The position numbers and the translations under genes were made by a program. Below the pieces are notes generated by a model that worked only from the letters and a program-made list of their open reading frames with translations, was not told the origin of the DNA and did not search any database. This document shows, piece after piece, positions 1-12,495 of a stretch of 64,000 nucleotides of DNA (positions are counted from its first letter, which is position 1; each line of letters starts with the position of its first letter). The DNA is from an uncultured Pseudomonadota bacterium (GTDB lineage: Bacteria; Oederibacteriota; Muellerivitia; Muellerivitales; Muellerivitaceae): contig CAWJKT010000003.1 of NCBI GenBank assembly GCA_963843375.1, positions 126,054 to 190,053 on the forward strand. Reading direction: 5' to 3'.

Positions 1-129
1 GTTATAACTTGGGTAAACTTGAATATGAACTTGGATATGCCTGGCGTCCGGCCCAAGTAAGCTCAAGTTTTATTACCAGTTCCAATATATTTGGCCTTCT
101 TTTGTGGTATTGATCTTTTTAGACAGAAC

Positions 130-158
130 TTGACAACCCTTTGATGAGTGAATAAACT
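130..158 (+). promoter_or_regulatory. sigma70-type promoter of the rplU-rpmA operon
   Basis: TTGACA (130-135), 17-nt spacer, TAAACT (153-158), upstream of rplU. Confidence 0.7.
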
Positions 159-204
159 CTCTGGTCTTTGTCGTTGGTGGTCGGTACTTCTAGGGAGGCT
201 TTTT

Positions 205-519
205 ATGTACGCTGTCATTAAAACGGGTGGAAAACAATACCGTGTCACAGAAGGCGATGTTATAACCGTGGATAGGCTTCAAGGGAATCCCGGCGATATA
301 ATTGAATTTGATCAAATTGTCATGTTGGAAAATAACGGGCAATTGCGCATTAAACAAAATGAAGTCAAAAGCACGAAGGTTACTGGAAAGATAGTTGCAA
401 AAACCCAAGGAAAGAAAATCAGGGTTTTTCGTTACCGTCGGCGCAAAAACACAATGAAAACAAAAGGTTCCAGAGCGAAGTATACGACTGTTTCAATTGA
501 AAAAATTTTAATAGCCTAA
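205..519 (+). CDS. rplU: 50S ribosomal protein L21
   Basis: MYAVIKTGGKQYRV signature; GGAGG RBS at 194-198 supports ATG 205 rather than 148. Confidence 0.97.
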   Translation: MYAVIKTGGKQYRVTEGDVITVDRLQGNPGDIIEFDQIVMLENNGQLRIKQNEVKSTKVTGKIVAKTQGKKIRVFRYRRRKNTMKTKGSRAKYTTVSIEKILIA

Positions 520-553
520 GTTAAATTAAGTTTGTTTTCAGGAAGGAATAATC

Positions 554-814
554 ATGGGTCAGCATAAAGCGGGTGGTTCAACTAGAAATGGTCGCGATAG
601 CAATAGTCAAAGGCTAGGAATTAAGGCTTTTGGAGGTAATTTTGTTACGGCAGGGAGTATTTTGATCCGGCAAAGAGGATTAAGGTATAAGCCTGGCGAA
701 AATGTCGGCGTTGGTAAGGATGATACCCTTTTTGCCAAAATTTCCGGGTTGGTGAGTTTCCGGGAATTCAAAAAGGGATCAAAAATGATAAATGTAGAAC
801 CCAAGCAAGGTTAA
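554..814 (+). CDS. rpmA: 50S ribosomal protein L27
   Basis: [13 protein letters not shown] and [19 protein letters not shown] motifs; follows rplU. Confidence 0.97.
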   Translation: MGQHKAGGSTRNGRDSNSQRLGIKAFGGNFVTAGSILIRQRGLRYKPGENVGVGKDDTLFAKISGLVSFREFKKGSKMINVEPKQG

Positions 815-826
815 AACTTGATTGTG

Positions 827-858
827 AAAAAAACCCCGCCCTTGGGCGGGGTTTTTTT
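827..858 (+). terminator. Intrinsic terminator (possibly bidirectional) after rpmA
   Basis: A7-CCCCGCC-cttg-GGCGGGG-T7. Confidence 0.85.
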
Positions 859-889
859 GTTTACGGGCCTTTTTTGAAAGTAGATATCC

Positions 890-2187
890 ATGATCATCGA
901 TGAAGTGACAATTACAGTTGAAGCCGGGGCCGGGGGCGATGGTTGCCTTAGCTTTCGGCGTGAAAAATATGTTCCCCGTGGCGGGACCGGACGGGGGCAA
1001 CGGCGGTAAAGGCGGGGATATTTTTCTGGAATCTCGGACGGATGTTAATACTCTAGTTGATTTTTTGTATCGTCCAATCTACAAAGCGCATCATGGAGGG
1101 CACGGGAAGGGAAAAAATCAACACGGAAAAGATGCGGAGGCAATAACCATTCGTGTTCCGATAGGTACCTTAGTTTGGAATGAAAATCAGGAATTAGTTG
1201 TGGATATGAAGGAAAATGGCATGAAGTTTTTAATAGCTAAAGGAGGAAGGGGTGGGAGAGGCAATACTACTTTTGCTACCTCAACCCAACAGGCTCCACG
1301 GTTGGCTGAAAGAGGTGAACCAGGAGAAATCAAGACTCTTAGGTTGGAACTTAGGCTTTTAGCGGATGTTGGAATTGTCGGTTTTCCAAACGCCGGGAAA
1401 TCTACTTTGCTTTCTCGGGTCACCCATGCTCATCCAAAAATCGCGGATTATCCTTTTACAACCCTGGAACCGCAATTGGGAGTAGTGAAGTTGTCTGAAA
1501 ATAGAAGTTTTGTTTTGGCGGATGTTCCGGGGTTAATCGATGGGGCAAGTCAGGGAAAAGGGCTAGGAGTGCGCTTTTTGCGACATCTTGAACGGACAAA
1601 AATTTTATTGCATTTAATCGACCTATCGACATTGGAAAGCTATCCTGAACTAACAAAAAGAATTAAAACCATTCAAAAAGAACTAAAACAACATAGCGTT
1701 AAATTTCAAAAAATACCGCAATTAATTATTTTGACCAAAACGGACTCAGCCGCTAACAAGGAATTTCCAAAATGGATGAACAGACTTGAAACTAAAAAAA
1801 TAAAAACTATGTCCGATTTCCGCAGTCACGGGCCAGGGATTGAACCAATTGCTTGAGGAGACGTGGTCATTGTTATCAGAAATTAAAAAAAGGAAATCGC
1901 CGAAAAAAGTTTAAAGCCTAAGAAAGTGGTCTATGAAACTCAAATCAGGTTTCAGGTAAAAAAAGATGATAAGCTTTTTATGTGACCGGAACTGAAATAA
2001 AAAAATGGGTGGCGATGACGAATTTTGGAAGCGAGATGCCTTAGAGCGATTTCAGAAAATCATGCAAAGAATGGGAGTGGTTCGAGAGTTGAAAAACCAA
2101 GGAGTTTCTGAAGGTGACACGGTGGTTTGCGATGGCCAGGAATTGACTTTCAGATCTGAAGAATTGGGCGTTGAAAATGACTTTTGA
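890..2187 (+). CDS. obgE: GTPase ObgE/CgtA with C-terminal OCT (DUF1967-like) domain; split by several frameshifts, probably sequencing errors
   Basis: [32 protein letters not shown] from ATG 890; [15 protein letters not shown] and DYPFTT in ORF 918..1856; ISAVTGQGL in another frame near 1816; C-terminal domain in ORF 2005..2187. Confidence 0.93.
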
Positions 2188-3310
2188 TCGCAAGAATTAC
2201 ATCTCGAAATCAAAACGATTGGTAGTGAAAATTGGAAGTAGTTTGTTGACCGATTCGAAAAAAAGGGGAATTCGGAACCGATTTTTGAACCATTTGGCTG
2301 CTCAAGTTGAAGAATTAAATGATTCTGGTATCCAATGTGTAATAGTCACATCAGGTGCTATTGCCGCCGGAATGTTTGAAGTCGGGTTGGGCAAAAGGCC
2401 AACGGAAATGGCGAAATTACAAGCATTGGCCGCGGTTGGACAAAGTAGTTTAATGCACAGATACGAAGTTGCATTTAAACGGAAGGGGTTGAAAGTTGCC
2501 CAAATTCTTTTGACGGCGGAAGACTTATCCAATCGACATCGGTATTCAAACGCGCATAATACCTTTGTGGAGTTAATTAAAAATGGAATTGTTCCAATCG
2601 TGAATGAAAACGATTCCGTTGCGGTTGAGGAAATCAAATTTGGAGATAATGACACATTGGGTGTGTTAGTGACTCATTTATGTGAAGCTGATTTGCTTAT
2701 TATATTGACCGATACCGACGGTTTTTTTAGCGAGGACCCACGGTTAAATCCCAAGGCCGAATTGATTTCGGAAGTCAAAAAACTCAATCCTAAAATCGAA
2801 AAAAACGCAAGCCGATCTATTTCAACAGTTGGCACGGGCGGGATGCGGACAAAGATTCAAGCCGCCAAAAATATGATGAAGTCCGGGGTACCTATGCTCA
2901 TTGCAAATGGTAACCAGCCATTCATTTTAAAAAAGATATTTAATTCTGAAAAGGTTGGGACCTTTTTTCACCCAGCGAATAAAAAAATGCCTAGTCGAAA
3001 ACGTTGGCTTACTTGGAGTGTGAAACCGAAAGGTTCAATCATCGTTGATGAAGGGGCCCAAAATGCCCTGGTTAACAAAAATAAAAGTCTACTTCCAACT
3101 GGTATAAAAAGTACGAATGGCATTTGGGAAAAAGGAGAAGTTGTAAGAGTTGTCGATGTTAAGGGCGAGGAGATTGCAAAAGGAATTTCAAATTATTCTT
3201 CAAGGGAAGTCGAATTGATCAAGGGGATGAAAACATCCGAAGTTTTCAAAAAACTAGGTCGCATCGTGACCGATGAGGTCATACATCGCGACAATATGGT
3301 TAAGGTTTAA
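2171..3310 (+). CDS. proB: Glutamate 5-kinase with PUA domain
   Basis: VVKIGSS, VTSGAIAAG, NENDSV..FGDND, GTGGM motifs; C-terminal PUA; follows obgE. Confidence 0.96.
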   Translation: MKMTFDRKNYISKSKRLVVKIGSSLLTDSKKRGIRNRFLNHLAAQVEELNDSGIQCVIVTSGAIAAGMFEVGLGKRPTEMAKLQALAAVGQSSLMHRYEVAFKRKGLKVAQILLTAEDLSNRHRYSNAHNTFVELIKNGIVPIVNENDSVAVEEIKFGDNDTLGVLVTHLCEADLLIILTDTDGFFSEDPRLNPKAELISEVKKLNPKIEKNASRSISTVGTGGMRTKIQAAKNMMKSGVPMLIANGNQPFILKKIFNSEKVGTFFHPANKKMPSRKRWLTWSVKPKGSIIVDEGAQNALVNKNKSLLPTGIKSTNGIWEKGEVVRVVDVKGEEIAKGISNYSSREVELIKGMKTSEVFKKLGRIVTDEVIHRDNMVKV

Positions 3311-3447
3311 TTATAAATTTCCAATGATGAATGTTTTTTCGTTGGGAATGGCCAAATTTACACGTGAATATAAGTTTTATTTAAATAAAAAAACATTAAA
3401 ATAAGATCAGTTTCAATATTGATTTTTTTGATTTAGCCAGATGAGGT

Positions 3448-4020
3448 TTGAAAGTGCCGAAAAAGAATTATTATGAGCTCTTCAAACTGTATCCGCCCAT
3501 CGATACAAACCAACTTCAAGATGCTTATAAACAACTTATTTTTGAACATCATCCGGACAGAAACCCAACAAGGTTGGAGTCGGCCATTGAAGATACAATG
3601 GAAATTGTTGAGGCTTACAGTATTCTGAGTGATCCCACGAAACGAGAAATCTACAATTTTCAAATCAGGAACGACATTCGAAGAGACATTGGGGAATTAT
3701 TTGGAGTTAAAAAAAGTCTCCTGAAAATGATGAAATCCAAAGAAGAAGTTGAGGCTGAAGAAGATTTCAAAAAAGGGGTAAACTTTTTTGCGGATAAGGA
3801 AAACTGGAATCAAGCCCAACACGAATGGGTGAAATGTATAAAGCTGATTCCCGGTTTTGTAAACGCGCATTATAATCTTGGTATTGTGTTCGGATACCAG
3901 GGGAATTTTAAAGATTCGGTGGTTTGTTTAGAACGTGCAATCAAATACAATCCTGGTGACTTTGAGGCGAAAAAAACACTTAGTACTGCCATGGGTTATG
4001 TTTATGGAAAAAAAGTCTAG
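3448..4020 (+). CDS. J-domain (DnaJ-type) protein with C-terminal TPR
   Basis: N-terminal J-domain with HPD motif (EHHPDRNP) and AYSILSDP.KR..Y; TPR-like AHYNLG..A...NP. Confidence 0.85.
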   Translation: MKVPKKNYYELFKLYPPIDTNQLQDAYKQLIFEHHPDRNPTRLESAIEDTMEIVEAYSILSDPTKREIYNFQIRNDIRRDIGELFGVKKSLLKMMKSKEEVEAEEDFKKGVNFFADKENWNQAQHEWVKCIKLIPGFVNAHYNLGIVFGYQGNFKDSVVCLERAIKYNPGDFEAKKTLSTAMGYVYGKKV

Positions 4021-4034
4021 GTTTAGAGGAATTT

Positions 4035-5789
4035 ATGGCGGATAAAGCTTTGGCGGTCGGTATCGACTTAGGAACCACGAATTCCTGTGTTGCTTATTTA
4101 AACGGAGGGGAGCCTCAAGTTCTCCCGAATTCTGATGGTTATCACACCACCCCCTCGGTAGTGGCTTTTACCTCGCAAAAAAATTGGTTGGTGGGTCTTG
4201 ATGCAAAGCACCAAGCCATTACCAATCCAAAGGGAACGGTTGCTTCAATTAAGCGTTTTATAGGTCGCAAGATTACGGATGAGGATGTACAAAAAGATAA
4301 AAGTCTTGTTTCGTATAACATTGAAGGCTCCGAAAACAGTGACATTCGGGTCCATTTGGATGATCAATTAAAATCTCCTGAAGAAATTTCAGCCATTATT
4401 CTCCAAAAAATAAAGCAAGATGTGGAAATGCGATTGGGGGAAAAGGTCACCAATGCCGTGATTACAGTTCCTGCGTATTTTAATGATTCACAAAGACAAG
4501 CCACGAAAGATGCGGGTAAAATTGCCGGATTTGAAGTATTGCGAATTATAAATGAACCAACCGCGGCGGCACTTGCTTATGACTTTGATACCAAAAAGAA
4601 CCAGAAGATCGCTGTCTATGACCTGGGGGGCGGTACCTTAGATGTAACCATTTTGGAGTTGCTAAATGGTTTATACCGGGTTTTGGCCACCTGTGGTGAC
4701 ACCCATCTGGGTGGGGATGACTTTGATCAAACCATTATGCAATGGGTACTTGAAAAGTTTTCTTCCGAGCATGGCGTGGACCTTAGACAAGATCCTGTTG
4801 CCCTCCAACGATTACGAGAAGCTGCCGAAAAGGCGAAATGCGATTTGTCCACGGTGGCGAGTGTCGATATAAATTTGCCTTTTATCACTAAGAAAGAGGG
4901 AACTCCTTTAAACCTTTCCTATACCTTAAGTCGCAATGATTTTGAGGGGTTAGTTAATGGATTAGTGGAAAGGTCTCTAGAACCCTGTAAAAAAGCCCTT
5001 CGAGATGCCAGTTTAACGCCAAATGATTTGAATGACATTCTTTTGGTTGGCGGTATGACTCGTATGCCAAAAGTCAGGGAAACCGTTAAAAGGTTTTTCA
5101 ATAAAGAACCAAATACAAAAGTAAACCCTGACGAATCGGTTGCGTTGGGTGCTTCCATACAAGCGGGAATTATAAATGGCAATATCCGTAACGCCCTTTT
5201 ATTAGATGTTACGCCCCTTTCTCTGGGCGTTGAAACTCTAGGCGGTACTTTTAGTGTCATTATTCCAAGGAACACTACAGTTCCCACCAAAATGAGCAAG
5301 TTATATTCCACTGTTAAAGACATGCAAACATCGGTCAATGTTAAGGTACTCCAAGGTGAATCTAAGGCGGCCAACAATAACAAAACATTGGGTTTTTTTT
5401 CGTTTATTGGTCTTCCGCCCGCTCCGGCGGGGTCTGTTCAAATTGAAGTGACATTCGCAATTGATTCAAATGGGATTGTCAATGTAACCGCCAAAAATGT
5501 TGCGACGGGCCAAATGCAACAAATGAAAGTTTCTGCCACCAGCGGTTTGACGAGAGATGAATTGGAAAAACTTGTTCAAGTTGCAAAAGGCCGGGTTATC
5601 TCGACTTCTCCCAAGGAAGAGGAACGGCCGAAAGAAGAAGACCGCAAAAAGAGTGTCGCGTCTTCGCCAATACCAACGAAGACTTTTGTTGCGCCGGAAG
5701 CTTCTTCCGAACAAGGCGATACTGAGTTTTTAACCGGAGATATGATCAATTCTTTTCTCAAAGAACCCGATGAACCGGCGGACCGATGA
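4035..5789 (+). CDS. dnaK: Hsp70/DnaK-family chaperone, atypical paralog lacking most of the helical lid
   Basis: [33 protein letters not shown] and [10 protein letters not shown] motifs; ends about 80 aa after the substrate-binding beta domain. Confidence 0.88.
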   Translation: MADKALAVGIDLGTTNSCVAYLNGGEPQVLPNSDGYHTTPSVVAFTSQKNWLVGLDAKHQAITNPKGTVASIKRFIGRKITDEDVQKDKSLVSYNIEGSENSDIRVHLDDQLKSPEEISAIILQKIKQDVEMRLGEKVTNAVITVPAYFNDSQRQATKDAGKIAGFEVLRIINEPTAAALAYDFDTKKNQKIAVYDLGGGTLDVTILELLNGLYRVLATCGDTHLGGDDFDQTIMQWVLEKFSSEHGVDLRQDPVALQRLREAAEKAKCDLSTVASVDINLPFITKKEGTPLNLSYTLSRNDFEGLVNGLVERSLEPCKKALRDASLTPNDLNDILLVGGMTRMPKVRETVKRFFNKEPNTKVNPDESVALGASIQAGIINGNIRNALLLDVTPLSLGVETLGGTFSVIIPRNTTVPTKMSKLYSTVKDMQTSVNVKVLQGESKAANNNKTLGFFSFIGLPPAPAGSVQIEVTFAIDSNGIVNVTAKNVATGQMQQMKVSATSGLTRDELEKLVQVAKGRVISTSPKEEERPKEEDRKKSVASSPIPTKTFVAPEASSEQGDTEFLTGDMINSFLKEPDEPADR

Positions 5790-6409
5790 AATCTGTTGCA
5801 TTATTTGGCGGGACTTTTAATCCAATTCATTTTGGGCACTTAGCTATCGCGGAAGAAGTTCGAAATAAGCATAATATCGATAAAGTTATATTTGTTCCGA
5901 CTAATCTTCCACCACACAAAGATTCCACTGATTTGGCCGATGCTAAAAAAAGATTAATTATGACTCACTTGGCAACGGTCAGTAATCCTTGTTTTGAAAC
6001 CTCATCCTTTGAAATAGATCGGGGCGGAAAATCTTATTCCATAGATACGGTTAAATATTTTTATCAGCTTTTTAAAGGAAAAGCCGAATTATATTTCATT
6101 ATTGGGGCGGATATGTTGACGGAAATTTCAGCTTGGAAAAACATTGACGAACTTTTAAAAATGTGTCGGTTTATTGCTGTTTCGCGTGCGGGTTATGATG
6201 TTCAAAAAATTTTTAACCGCCATTTTTTGACTTCGGAAAATTACGTTGTTGCTTCAGAGCTTTTGGAGAACATTATCATTGAAGAAATGCCCATACTGGA
6301 TATTAGCGCGACCAATATTCGGCGGCGGGTTACGGAATGGAAAAGCATAAAATATTTGGTTCCTGAATCCGTGGAACAGTTTATCCATAATCAACAACTT
6401 TATCTTTAA
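5786..6409 (+). CDS. nadD: Nicotinate-nucleotide adenylyltransferase
   Basis: FGGTFNPIHFGH, PPHK, IIGAD and ISATNIR motifs. Confidence 0.96.
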   Translation: MKSVALFGGTFNPIHFGHLAIAEEVRNKHNIDKVIFVPTNLPPHKDSTDLADAKKRLIMTHLATVSNPCFETSSFEIDRGGKSYSIDTVKYFYQLFKGKAELYFIIGADMLTEISAWKNIDELLKMCRFIAVSRAGYDVQKIFNRHFLTSENYVVASELLENIIIEEMPILDISATNIRRRVTEWKSIKYLVPESVEQFIHNQQLYL

Positions 6410-6423
6410 ACAAAGAGGAATCG

Positions 6424-6690
6424 ATGCAACTGATTAACTTTATGGAAGATGCTGTTAAGAGGGTTTTCGAGGAGCTCTTAAAAGAGCCGACCTATCGGTC
6501 CATCCAGTTTGATGAAAAGACAAAGTTAGACATAATAGCTTTTACCTTGAATCATTTGCCTCCCCGATATGTCGTGAGCGAAAAAGGACACCTTTATACA
6601 AGAGTCGATGAGTTGCGACAGCAATTCAAAACGGATATTATTGTTGAGTTAACCATCGCGATAAACCAGGTTAAAGCCAATCCCCGATAG
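6424..6690 (+). CDS. ComFB (late competence development) family protein
   Basis: N.ME..V...D..A..LN.LPPRY...V..NPR pattern, 88 aa. Confidence 0.85.
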   Translation: MQLINFMEDAVKRVFEELLKEPTYRSIQFDEKTKLDIIAFTLNHLPPRYVVSEKGHLYTRVDELRQQFKTDIIVELTIAINQVKANPR

Positions 6691-6698
6691 GAATTTAA

Positions 6699-7031
6699 GT
6701 GAAAAAATCTAATCCCGAAATGGTTCAAAAAATTATTCGGGCCCTTGAAGAAAAGAAGGCTGTTGATATCCAAGTGTTGGATATCCGTGATATTGCTTCA
6801 TATGCGGATTATTTAGTCATTTGTTCCGGGACATCAACAACCCATGTAAGTGCGCTTGTGGACAATATTGTTAAAGTCTTTTCTAAACAAGACGGCCCTG
6901 TTTACCTAAACTCATCAAAAGATAACAGTTGGTGGATATTGGATTTTGTGGATACGGTTGTCCATGTTTTCAATGAGACTACGCGAAGTTATTACGATCT
7001 TGAACGGTTATGGTTGGATGCTAAAAAGTGA
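6699..7031 (+). CDS. rsfS: Ribosome silencing factor RsfS (Iojap)
   Basis: EKKAVDI..LD, ADYLVICSG, WWILDF.D.VVHVF..R.YYDLERLW. Confidence 0.95.
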   Translation: MKKSNPEMVQKIIRALEEKKAVDIQVLDIRDIASYADYLVICSGTSTTHVSALVDNIVKVFSKQDGPVYLNSSKDNSWWILDFVDTVVHVFNETTRSYYDLERLWLDAKK

Positions 7032-7334
7032 AAAACCTCATTATTCTTAACTTTTTAGCCATTTGATTTTCAAAATGGCCCACTTCCTATCAAATGGTAA
7101 TTAAAACTAGTAAAAAAGCCTTTGTTTATCCGCCTTTAAGCTTCAATCATAAAATCCCTGACTTTGACCCCTTTTTTCCTATTTCTTTGGCTCCGGCTTG
7201 CGTAAAGTGGCCTTTGTGTTGCTTTATTACAAAAGATGTTGTAATATGCCAAGGTTAACTGTTTTACCTCCGTATCTGCAAGTACATCCTGGTAAAGCAA
7301 GAAGACCCATTCCTGCCAGGAGGAACCACCGAAT

Positions 7335-10300
7335 TTGAGCTTTATTTTTACTTATTCTCGAAAAGTGCACAAAGACAGTCCTCTTATCGGTAATATTTCC
7401 ATGTTTTTGCGGCCCTTTTTGAGATTTATTCAAAATAACTGCTTTCTTCAAAATAATTTTTTGTTCTCTTTGAGGATAGCGGTTCTAGGCTTATTGCTAG
7501 GGGTTATCCCGACACATGGATACGCCGTATGTGGCGTCACTCTCGATTCAGAAACAACCTTTAATGGCGATGCTTCCGCGACCGGTGGAGTCACTTTTTC
7601 CCATACCGTTAGTGGTACCAATACCTTTTTGCTTGTCCAGGTTTGGATCGGTGCGCATGGGGCCACGGATACGGTGGCATCCATAACTTATGGCGGAAAA
7701 TCTTTAACCCGGTTGATGGAAGAACAAGATACAAACGACACCAATCACGGCAGTTTGGAAAACTGGTATTTGACAGGGCCGGCTGCGGGAACTGCCAACG
7801 TAGTCGTTACCATTAACGATTTGACGGGTCCAGCCATGCTCGTCGGAGCCATTAGCTACGATGGAGCGAACCAAGCTGGACCCATTGGAAGTTACTTTCA
7901 GGAAGTGTTTCCGGACGACTCAACAACTTATGGGCTTAGTGTCACCACTCAGGCACCGAACGATCTTCTCGCCGATTTTTTGGTGGTCAATGAAAGCGCT
8001 GATACCATTACATTAGGCTCGTTACAGACCCAGGTTTGGCTTCAACAAAATACGGTTACCACCAATGAAGCTGAAGCGGACGATTTACCTACCACCGCGA
8101 CAGGAACCTACCCGGTGACCTATACTTTGGCTTTGGAGCATTCGGCAGATATCCAATCGTTGGAAATCGTATCATCATGCAATTCCACAGCTACGCCTAC
8201 CGCCACCCCTTCAGGTACACCGACTAATACCCCGACCAAGACCCCAACTTATACCATTACTCAAACACCGACCAACACCCCTAGCTATACTATTACTCAA
8301 ACGCCGACCAAAACCACTACCAACACCATTACTGAAACTCTAACCAATACGGCAACAAACACTCCGACGAACACGATTACTGAAACACTGACTAAAACGC
8401 CAACGAATACTCCGACCAATACGATTACTCAAACGCTAACTAACACCGCCACGAACACACCGACGAACACCATTACTGAAACACTGACCAAAACTGCCAC
8501 TAATACTCCGACCAACACGATTACTCAAACGCTGACTAACACCGCCACGAACACACCGACGAACACCATTACTGAAACACTGACTAATACGGCGACGAAC
8601 ACCCCGACTAATACGATAACTGAAACGCTGACTAACACTGCCACGAACACACCGACGAACACCATTACTGAAACACTGACCAAAACTGCCACTAATACTC
8701 CGACCAATACGATTACTCAAACGCTGACAAACACCGCCACGAACACTCCGACAAACACCATTACTGAAACACTGACCAATACGGCGACGAACACCCCGAC
8801 TAATACGATAACTGAAACGCTGACTAACACTGCCACGAACACACCGACGAACACCATTACTGAAACACTGACCAAAACTACCACTAATACTCCGACCAAT
8901 ACGATTACTCAAACGCTGACTAACACTGCCACGAACACTCCGACAAACACCATTACTGAAACACTGACCAATACGGCGACGAACACCCCGACTAATACGA
9001 TTACTCAAACGCTGACTAACACTGCCACGAACACACCGACGAACACCATTACTGAAACACTGACCAAAACTGCCACTAATACTCCGACCAATACGATTAC
9101 TCAAACGCTGACTAACACTGCCACGAACACTCCGACAAACACCATTACTGAAACACTGACCAATACTGCGACGAACACCCCGACTAATACGATTACTCAA
9201 ACGCTGACTAACACTGCCACGAACACACCGACGAACACCATTACTGAAACCCTGACTAATACGGCGACGAAAACCCCGACCAATACGATAACTGAAACGC
9301 TGACAAACACCGCCACGAACACACCGACGAACACCATTACTGAAACACTGACCAAAACTGCCACTAATACTCCGACCAATACGATTACTCAAACGCTGAC
9401 TAACACTGCCACGAACACTCCGACGAACACCATTACTGAAACATTGACCAATACGGCGACGACCACCCCGACCAATACGATTACTCAAACGTTGACTAAC
9501 ACCGCAACGAATACGCCGACCAATACGACCACGGCTACTCCAACCAACACGACTACCGACACGCCTACGAATACCACAACGAATACGCCGACTAACACCT
9601 CTACAAACACGCCGACCAATACGACTACTGCCACTCCAACCAACACGACCACTGACACGCCAACAAATACCACAACGAATACACCTACTAATACCACTAC
9701 AAACACGCCGACCAATACGACTACCGCCACTCCATCCAACACGACCACTGACACACCAACAAATACCACAACGAATACACCTACTAACACCACTACAAAC
9801 ACACCGACCAATACGACTACGGCCACTCCAACCAACACGACCACCGATACGCCAACGAATACCACGACGAATACGCCGACTAACACCACCACCGATACGC
9901 CGACAAATACCACAACGAATACACCTACTAACACCACTACAAACACACCGACCAATACGACTACGGCCACTCCAACCAACACGACCACCGCCACGCCTAC
10001 GAATACCACGACGAATACGCCGACTAACACCACCACCGATACGCCGACAAATACCACAACGAATACATCTACTAACACCACTACAAACACACCGACCAAT
10101 ACGACTACCGCCACTCCAACCAACACGACCACTGACACACCAACAAATACCACAACGAATACACCTACTAACACCACTACAAACACACCGACCAATACGA
10201 CTACGGCCACTCCAACCAACACGACCACCGACACGCCTACGAATACCACAACGAATACGCCGACTAACACCACTACAAACACACCGACCGATACGACTAC

Positions 10301-12476
10301 GGCGACTCCAACCAACACGACCACTGACACGCCAACGAATACCACAACGAATACACCTACTAATACCACTACAAACACACCGACCAATACGGCTACGGCC
10401 ACTCCAACCAACACGACCACTGACACACCAACAAATACCACAACGAATACACCTACTAACACCACTACAAACACACCGACCGATACGACTACGGCCACTC
10501 CAACTAACACGACTACCGATACGCCAACGAATACCACGACGAATACGCCGACTAACACCACCACCGATACACCGACAAATACCACAACGAATACACCTAC
10601 TAACACCACTACAAACACACCGACCAATACGACTACCGCCACTCCAACCAACACGACCACCGACACGCCTACGAATACCACGACGAATACGCCGACTAAC
10701 ACCACCACCGATACGCCGACAAATACCACAACGAATACACCTACTAACACCACTACAAACACACCGACCAATACGACTACTGCCACTCCAACCAACACGA
10801 CCACCGACACGCCTACGAATACCACAACGAATACGCCGACTAACACCACTACAAACACACCGACCAATACGACTACGGCGACTCCAACCAACACGACCAC
10901 TGACACGCCAACAAATACCACAACGAATACACCTACTAATACCACTACAAACACACCGACCAATACGGCTACGGCCACTCCAACCAACACGACCACCGCC
11001 ACGCCTACGAATACCACGACGAATACAACTACCTACACCACTACAAACACCCCAACGAATACGACCACGGCCACGCCAACCAACACGACCACTGATACAC
11101 CAACAAATACCACAACGAATACACCTACTAACACCAGTACCAACACTCCAACGAATACACCGACCAACACGACTACGACTACTCCGACTACTACATCCAC
11201 GAATACCGCAACCACCACGCCAACCAACACAACCACGGCTACACCGACGAATACCGTCACAAATACGCCGAGCAATACCATAACCAACACTCCAACCAAC
11301 ACGACTACAGCGACTACAACAAATACATCGACAGCCACTTCGACGAATACCACGACGGATACCCCAACGAACACCACGACCAACACGCCAACCAATACGT
11401 CTACAACCACACCGACCAATACGGCAACCAACACCGCGACTTACACTGTCACCAACACGTACACTGACACACCAACGAATACCACGACCTATTCACCGAC
11501 CAATTCAACGACGCCTACCCTAACAAATACCCCGACCAATACGGTGACGAATACCACTACAAACACATTAACCAACACGACTACAGCGACATCGACGAAC
11601 ACAATTACGAATACACCGGTAAACACGGCAACTGTCACAGCGACGAACACAGCCCTGAATACAGCTACGAACACTTCGACTTCGACAACTACGAATACAC
11701 CCACTAATACGGTTTCTAACACAATCACTAATACGCCAACACCGACGGCTTCTGCTACCAGCACCTATACGTCTACATTGACGACAACTCAAACCATGAC
11801 AAACACTCCAACTTCGACTTCCACTCTTACGGTGACCCTAACTGTCACCGCTACGATCACCGGCACACCACCTTGCGGTCAGCAGGTCATTACGATTTCT
11901 GATGAGAGGGGCGAAAAGGTTGCTTCTCTTTGTGGATCGGCCGTTTTCCCCAACGGAACAAGCTTCTCTATGACCCTTTCCAATTTTGTCCCGAATCCCA
12001 ATGGTCCCGGTGGAACCATCTCGATTTATTTGAACGGGCAGGTCATTGCTGTTTGGAATGTCACTGATGGAGCCGGTAATTTGGTCCCCAACGGCTTTTA
12101 TCAATTTGTTGTGGTGGAAACGACCAACAATGGAAATGTGATCCAATTGGAAGGGGAAGCATATATCTCCACAAACCACGGAGAAGAGGTGTCGCTTCTG
12201 GTACTACCCAATATTGGGCACCCTGGGGACATTCTGAAATTTATCGCTTCTTTCAATGGAATAGCTGCGGATAATCAAAGTATGATAAAGATATACTCGG
12301 TGGACGCTGAACTCGTTAAAGCCCTGGTAATATCTTCTGGGTCAGCTTCCTGGGATTTGAAAAACATTAATGGCTTTACGGTCGCTTCTGGGGTCTATAT
12401 CGCGGTTCTTGATGGTATTGACCCAGCCAGTGGACAAAAGCTTACACAAAGTAAAAAAATATTAATCACTCATTGA
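7335..12476 (+). CDS. Very large secreted Thr-rich repeat protein with an N-terminal beta domain and C-terminal FlgD-Ig/T9SS-CTD-like domains (true start uncertain)
   Basis: Signal-like segment ending GYA-VC; about 1200 aa of Thr repeats; C-terminus has W..TD..G..VPNGFY and WDLKN..G..VASGVY. Confidence 0.8.
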   Translation: MSFIFTYSRKVHKDSPLIGNISMFLRPFLRFIQNNCFLQNNFLFSLRIAVLGLLLGVIPTHGYAVCGVTLDSETTFNGDASATGGVTFSHTVSGTNTFLLVQVWIGAHGATDTVASITYGGKSLTRLMEEQDTNDTNHGSLENWYLTGPAAGTANVVVTINDLTGPAMLVGAISYDGANQAGPIGSYFQEVFPDDSTTYGLSVTTQAPNDLLADFLVVNESADTITLGSLQTQVWLQQNTVTTNEAEADDLPTTATGTYPVTYTLALEHSADIQSLEIVSSCNSTATPTATPSGTPTNTPTKTPTYTITQTPTNTPSYTITQTPTKTTTNTITETLTNTATNTPTNTITETLTKTPTNTPTNTITQTLTNTATNTPTNTITETLTKTATNTPTNTITQTLTNTATNTPTNTITETLTNTATNTPTNTITETLTNTATNTPTNTITETLTKTATNTPTNTITQTLTNTATNTPTNTITETLTNTATNTPTNTITETLTNTATNTPTNTITETLTKTTTNTPTNTITQTLTNTATNTPTNTITETLTNTATNTPTNTITQTLTNTATNTPTNTITETLTKTATNTPTNTITQTLTNTATNTPTNTITETLTNTATNTPTNTITQTLTNTATNTPTNTITETLTNTATKTPTNTITETLTNTATNTPTNTITETLTKTATNTPTNTITQTLTNTATNTPTNTITETLTNTATTTPTNTITQTLTNTATNTPTNTTTATPTNTTTDTPTNTTTNTPTNTSTNTPTNTTTATPTNTTTDTPTNTTTNTPTNTTTNTPTNTTTATPSNTTTDTPTNTTTNTPTNTTTNTPTNTTTATPTNTTTDTPTNTTTNTPTNTTTDTPTNTTTNTPTNTTTNTPTNTTTATPTNTTTATPTNTTTNTPTNTTTDTPTNTTTNTSTNTTTNTPTNTTTATPTNTTTDTPTNTTTNTPTNTTTNTPTNTTTATPTNTTTDTPTNTTTNTPTNTTTNTPTDTTTATPTNTTTDTPTNTTTNTPTNTTTNTPTNTATATPTNTTTDTPTNTTTNTPTNTTTNTPTDTTTATPTNTTTDTPTNTTTNTPTNTTTDTPTNTTTNTPTNTTTNTPTNTTTATPTNTTTDTPTNTTTNTPTNTTTDTPTNTTTNTPTNTTTNTPTNTTTATPTNTTTDTPTNTTTNTPTNTTTNTPTNTTTATPTNTTTDTPTNTTTNTPTNTTTNTPTNTATATPTNTTTATPTNTTTNTTTYTTTNTPTNTTTATPTNTTTDTPTNTTTNTPTNTSTNTPTNTPTNTTTTTPTTTSTNTATTTPTNTTTATPTNTVTNTPSNTITNTPTNTTTATTTNTSTATSTNTTTDTPTNTTTNTPTNTSTTTPTNTATNTATYTVTNTYTDTPTNTTTYSPTNSTTPTLTNTPTNTVTNTTTNTLTNTTTATSTNTITNTPVNTATVTATNTALNTATNTSTSTTTNTPTNTVSNTITNTPTPTASATSTYTSTLTTTQTMTNTPTSTSTLTVTLTVTATITGTPPCGQQVITISDERGEKVASLCGSAVFPNGTSFSMTLSNFVPNPNGPGGTISIYLNGQVIAVWNVTDGAGNLVPNGFYQFVVVETTNNGNVIQLEGEAYISTNHGEEVSLLVLPNIGHPGDILKFIASFNGIAADNQSMIKIYSVDAELVKALVISSGSASWDLKNINGFTVASGVYIAVLDGIDPASGQKLTQSKKILITH
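8185..11870 (+). repeat. Intragenic tandem repeats: 48-nt units ([16 protein letters not shown]) to ~9500, then 24-nt units (TPTNTTT[N/D/A]), degenerate at both ends
   Basis: Visible in DNA and translation; higher-order 192-nt period seen in the recurring antisense ORFs ending at 8707 and 8899. Confidence 0.95.
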
Positions 12477-12495
12477 AAGGAGTGACGGGACTTCA

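Noticed and set aside
8436..11792. Long Val-rich or Arg/Ser-rich minus-strand ORFs (also the plus-strand ORFs at 44346..45461)
   Set aside because: Antisense shadows of Thr-rich coding repeats.
8185..11870. Tandem array as a CRISPR array
   Set aside because: Units are contiguous codon-multiple repeats within one ORF, with no unique spacers and no cas genes.
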